The notes beneath the pieces were generated by a model. The model made no database searches. It saw only the letters and a list, made by a program, of their open reading frames with translations, and was not told where the DNA came from. A program made the translations under genes and the position numbers. 64,000 bases of DNA from Nemertoderma westbladi (taxonomy: Eukaryota > Animalia > Xenacoelomorpha), in NCBI GenBank assembly GCA_032718475.1, contig JAUCBJ010009097.1, positions 62,001-126,000 on the forward strand. The letters run 5' to 3'. Positions within the stretch are counted from its first letter, which is position 1. Every line of letters starts with the position of its first letter. Shown piece after piece: positions 61,186 through 64,000 of this stretch.

Positions 61186-64000
61186 TGTAAAGGCTTTTGC
61201 GGATATAACCAGTCATTTTTCTCCGCAATGAACTGTTTAGTTGCTTTAGCGGACATAACAAGCCATTTTTCCCGCAAAGTACTGTGTAGGTGTTTTAGCG
61301 GACATAAAAAGCCATTTTTTCTGTATGTGTACTTTAGCGGACATAACAAGCCATTTTATGCCGCAATACGCCAAATACTCTTAACACAGTGTAATTCAGA
61401 TGACGAAATCTATCAGCTGATTTAATGTCGATGTGGAGCTTTCTTAACTCTCTTTGTTCGGCTCACTCGACCAATCAGAGCGATTTTCATTTTATTTGCA
61501 CAGAAGCCTACGGGAAATCACGCAATGCATGACGGTCTTTGTTTACCTTTTCCTGAGCCCCAGAACATCGGCTTTGGAATTATTCTGAGTTTCAGACTTT
61601 AGCCAAACATTCGACGGCTTTGATTATAGGAACGTATAACTGTTATCAAACCAAGTCACGCAGTGTCAGACTCAAATCACCATACATACCTGTCCTACCG
61701 CATTATTTTACTTCTGTTTACTGTCGGTTATTAATTGTTAGAAGTTGATGGATATGTTGTTATATTTGGAGAATATCGATAAATAATCATAAAACCCCAA
61801 TCTTCTTGATATACTGAAGGTTAGAGAGACCGGTTACCTGTAGCAATTGCGACTTACATTATAGTAGTTTTGGAGTGAATTGAATGCTATTTCATAATCC
61901 CTACATGTGTCAGTTACTATTCTCCTTATATATGATCAAATTTAGTGAAGGTCGGCAGATCAGTGTGCAGCAGTGTGCGGTAGTGTGCATGAGTGTGACA
62001 GATAACGAAGCATTTCCTAAAGAATGCGCTTTATACGAAAATCATTAGCCATCCCGTTGTGTTTAGTGTAAGTCATAACTCTGTTTACATACTTAGAGCG
62101 CCACGTCCTAAAGGAACTGTTAATATTTCCCGAAAGTAAATAATATTTGTCAGAGATTATATATTAACGATCAATCAAATAGTACAGTAAGTCTACACCG
62201 CAATAAGGTCAGAGCCTCCGTATCCAGTCTCCCTTAACTGTGGGTGAATGGTCGCTCATAGGCTGGCTTCGGCTAATGTAACTTTATATCTTATATGCAA
62301 CAAATACTTGTTATAGGCTAAAGTCGATTTATAAACTAGAAGACACCTAAAATTAGCGGGTTAAACTGCTACAGGTCTAAAAGCGCGAACAATAACAGTT
62401 ATTTTAGTTTCTTTATTGCAACGTAGGCAATAAAGTCGAAAGTACCGGTCGACCGGTAACCTGTAGGCCTAACTACCTAAACACCCGAACCGGTACTTAC
62501 AGCAGTACAGGTACAGCAGTATTATTCGATTTTGGTAATATATACTGGTAGGTCTTGATATTTAATCAGGGACTGCAGCCCTGGTTTTTTATTGGGATTT
62601 TACTTATTTCTGTCAGTTTTATTTATCTGTAAGTTAATATTGAGCAGAAGGCATGTAAGCCTGCTCAAATTGTACAAGTAATTTGTAGGCTGGATTGTTG
62701 TCTGGCTGTTGTCAGGTCCGAAGAGATTGCAGTGTGTGTAGAGTGTATGTCCGATAAAATACTAGTTAGGAAGGTGGGGGCATCCAGTGTTGTAAGGTAA
62801 ATCCCCTCCGAAAGAATAAGTCGTACTACTCGGTTAGAACGCATACTAACTAACCATTTCGGAGTCTGCATATACTGTAGTTTATTTAGGCTTGATAGTA
62901 GTCTGTCAGCATTTGGTTTGTATTTTGTTTGTGTAGTCTGTATGGGTAGCGTAATATTTATTATTCAGAGTTTATGCGATTATTCGCAACATACACAACC
63001 CCAAGTTTATTCCTACAGTAATTGTGCTTGTTATACATACCGTTATAGTTAAATTAACCCCGGTACTACATCAGGGCTGTTTGGCGTAGGTAAAGACTGG
63101 TGATTTTATGCTCTAGTCACTCCAGCAGATACCATGGTTCTTTTAGCTGTACAAGTATTTTTAACTGCTGGTTATTTGTTCTATAAGTACTTGTACCTAA
63201 TTTAGGGTTTAGTGTACAGTGCTTTCCGAAGGTAATTAGTGTGTTGGCAGTATATTTGTGTTGTAAAGTGGTTAATAGGCACGTTAGCTATGGTTGGCTG
63301 CGGTAATTAACTTCTAGATAGGGACATTCCGGGTACATAACGTAATACTTATAGAGCTGTAAAGCTAGAGACTATAAGTCGTCAGACGGTGGTAATTTCT
63401 TATCTAGACAACGCAATATATTTACTACTGCTTTATTATTTTCAAATACCGTAGTTTCCTGTCCGTTTGTAAGAACCCGAAATTCTAACCCCTTGTTATG
63501 CTGGTTTGTAGATTTCCTGTAAAATTACCCCTAAAATTTGTACGTGTAACTTTTGTGTTTATTTAGAGATTGTAATCTCACACAGTAATTGTACGTAATT
63601 TGTAGTAATAAGTAACTTAGTAAATTATAATTATTTGTTTTAGTGTCCAATAAGTAGCACTCCACTGAGAGCGTTCAGCTTCTGTGAAGTGACTCCTTAC
63701 CTAGAAATAATAACATTTATTTCAAATATTGTAACAAAAACCCATTAAACGGGTATATATATATTATAAATCAACTCAAGCCGATTTATAAAATAGTAGG
63801 CCTGTCATCCATCAATTAGGTCTTAATATCAGTTGGACTACTGCTTAAATAACGGTAATAAAATAACGTAAAGTAACCCTAAAATTCAGAAATTTAGTTA
63901 TTATAAAATAATTGACATACCGGTATTTACGATAGGCTTATTATATTTATCTCTATAAATTTAAGCTGAAATTAGGCTTATTGTATTTATTTCTATAAAT
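61186..64000 (+). mobile_element. Bel/Pao family A copy, 5' non-coding part (LTR/leader); runs off the right edge
   Basis: Colinear reverse-complement homology to about 2980-5797, e.g. CCAATCAGAGCG, AACGAAGCATTTCCTAAAGAATGCGC and ACTCCACTGAGAGCG. It starts with TGT. Confidence 0.8.

Noticed and set aside
2980-64000. One giant TIR element (Polinton or foldback) bounded by the long inverted homology
   Set aside because: The homologous arms start with TGT and point outward into Bel/Pao gag. They are best explained as two independent, diverged LTR element copies.

Overview
This is eukaryotic, probably invertebrate animal, AT-rich genomic DNA dominated by nested transposable elements; it is not prokaryotic. 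It holds four Bel/Pao LTR retrotransposon copies from two families. Family A: partial copies at 1-5797 (-) and 61186-64000 (+), both running off the window. Family B: an internally deleted copy at 12892-19453 (-, TSD ATGTT) and a near-full-length 13.8-kb copy at 44011-57852 (+, TSD GCAGA). Other elements are a Sola-like DDD transposase gene split by the family B insertion, a Harbinger Myb/SANT fragment, a TTAA-flanked non-autonomous DNA element, several LINE fragments (RTE, CR1/L2-like, CRE), a tRNA-like sequence and a 3.5-kb 37-bp minisatellite. The only clear host genes are three intronless p24/TMED (gamma-like) cargo-receptor genes, two of which lie in a 6.7-kb tandem duplication next to an assembly gap. 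The strongest novelty candidate is in the long Bel/Pao element. Between pol and the 3' LTR it carries an extra sense-strand ORF of about 850 codons, with three premature in-frame stops. It encodes a DEDDy-type 3'-5' exonuclease-like domain, a coiled coil and three CCHC zinc knuckles, and is preceded by hairpin/TATA tandem repeats. This could be a transposon-encoded RNA-processing or anti-silencing module. All domain calls come from motif recognition by eye, not from database searches.
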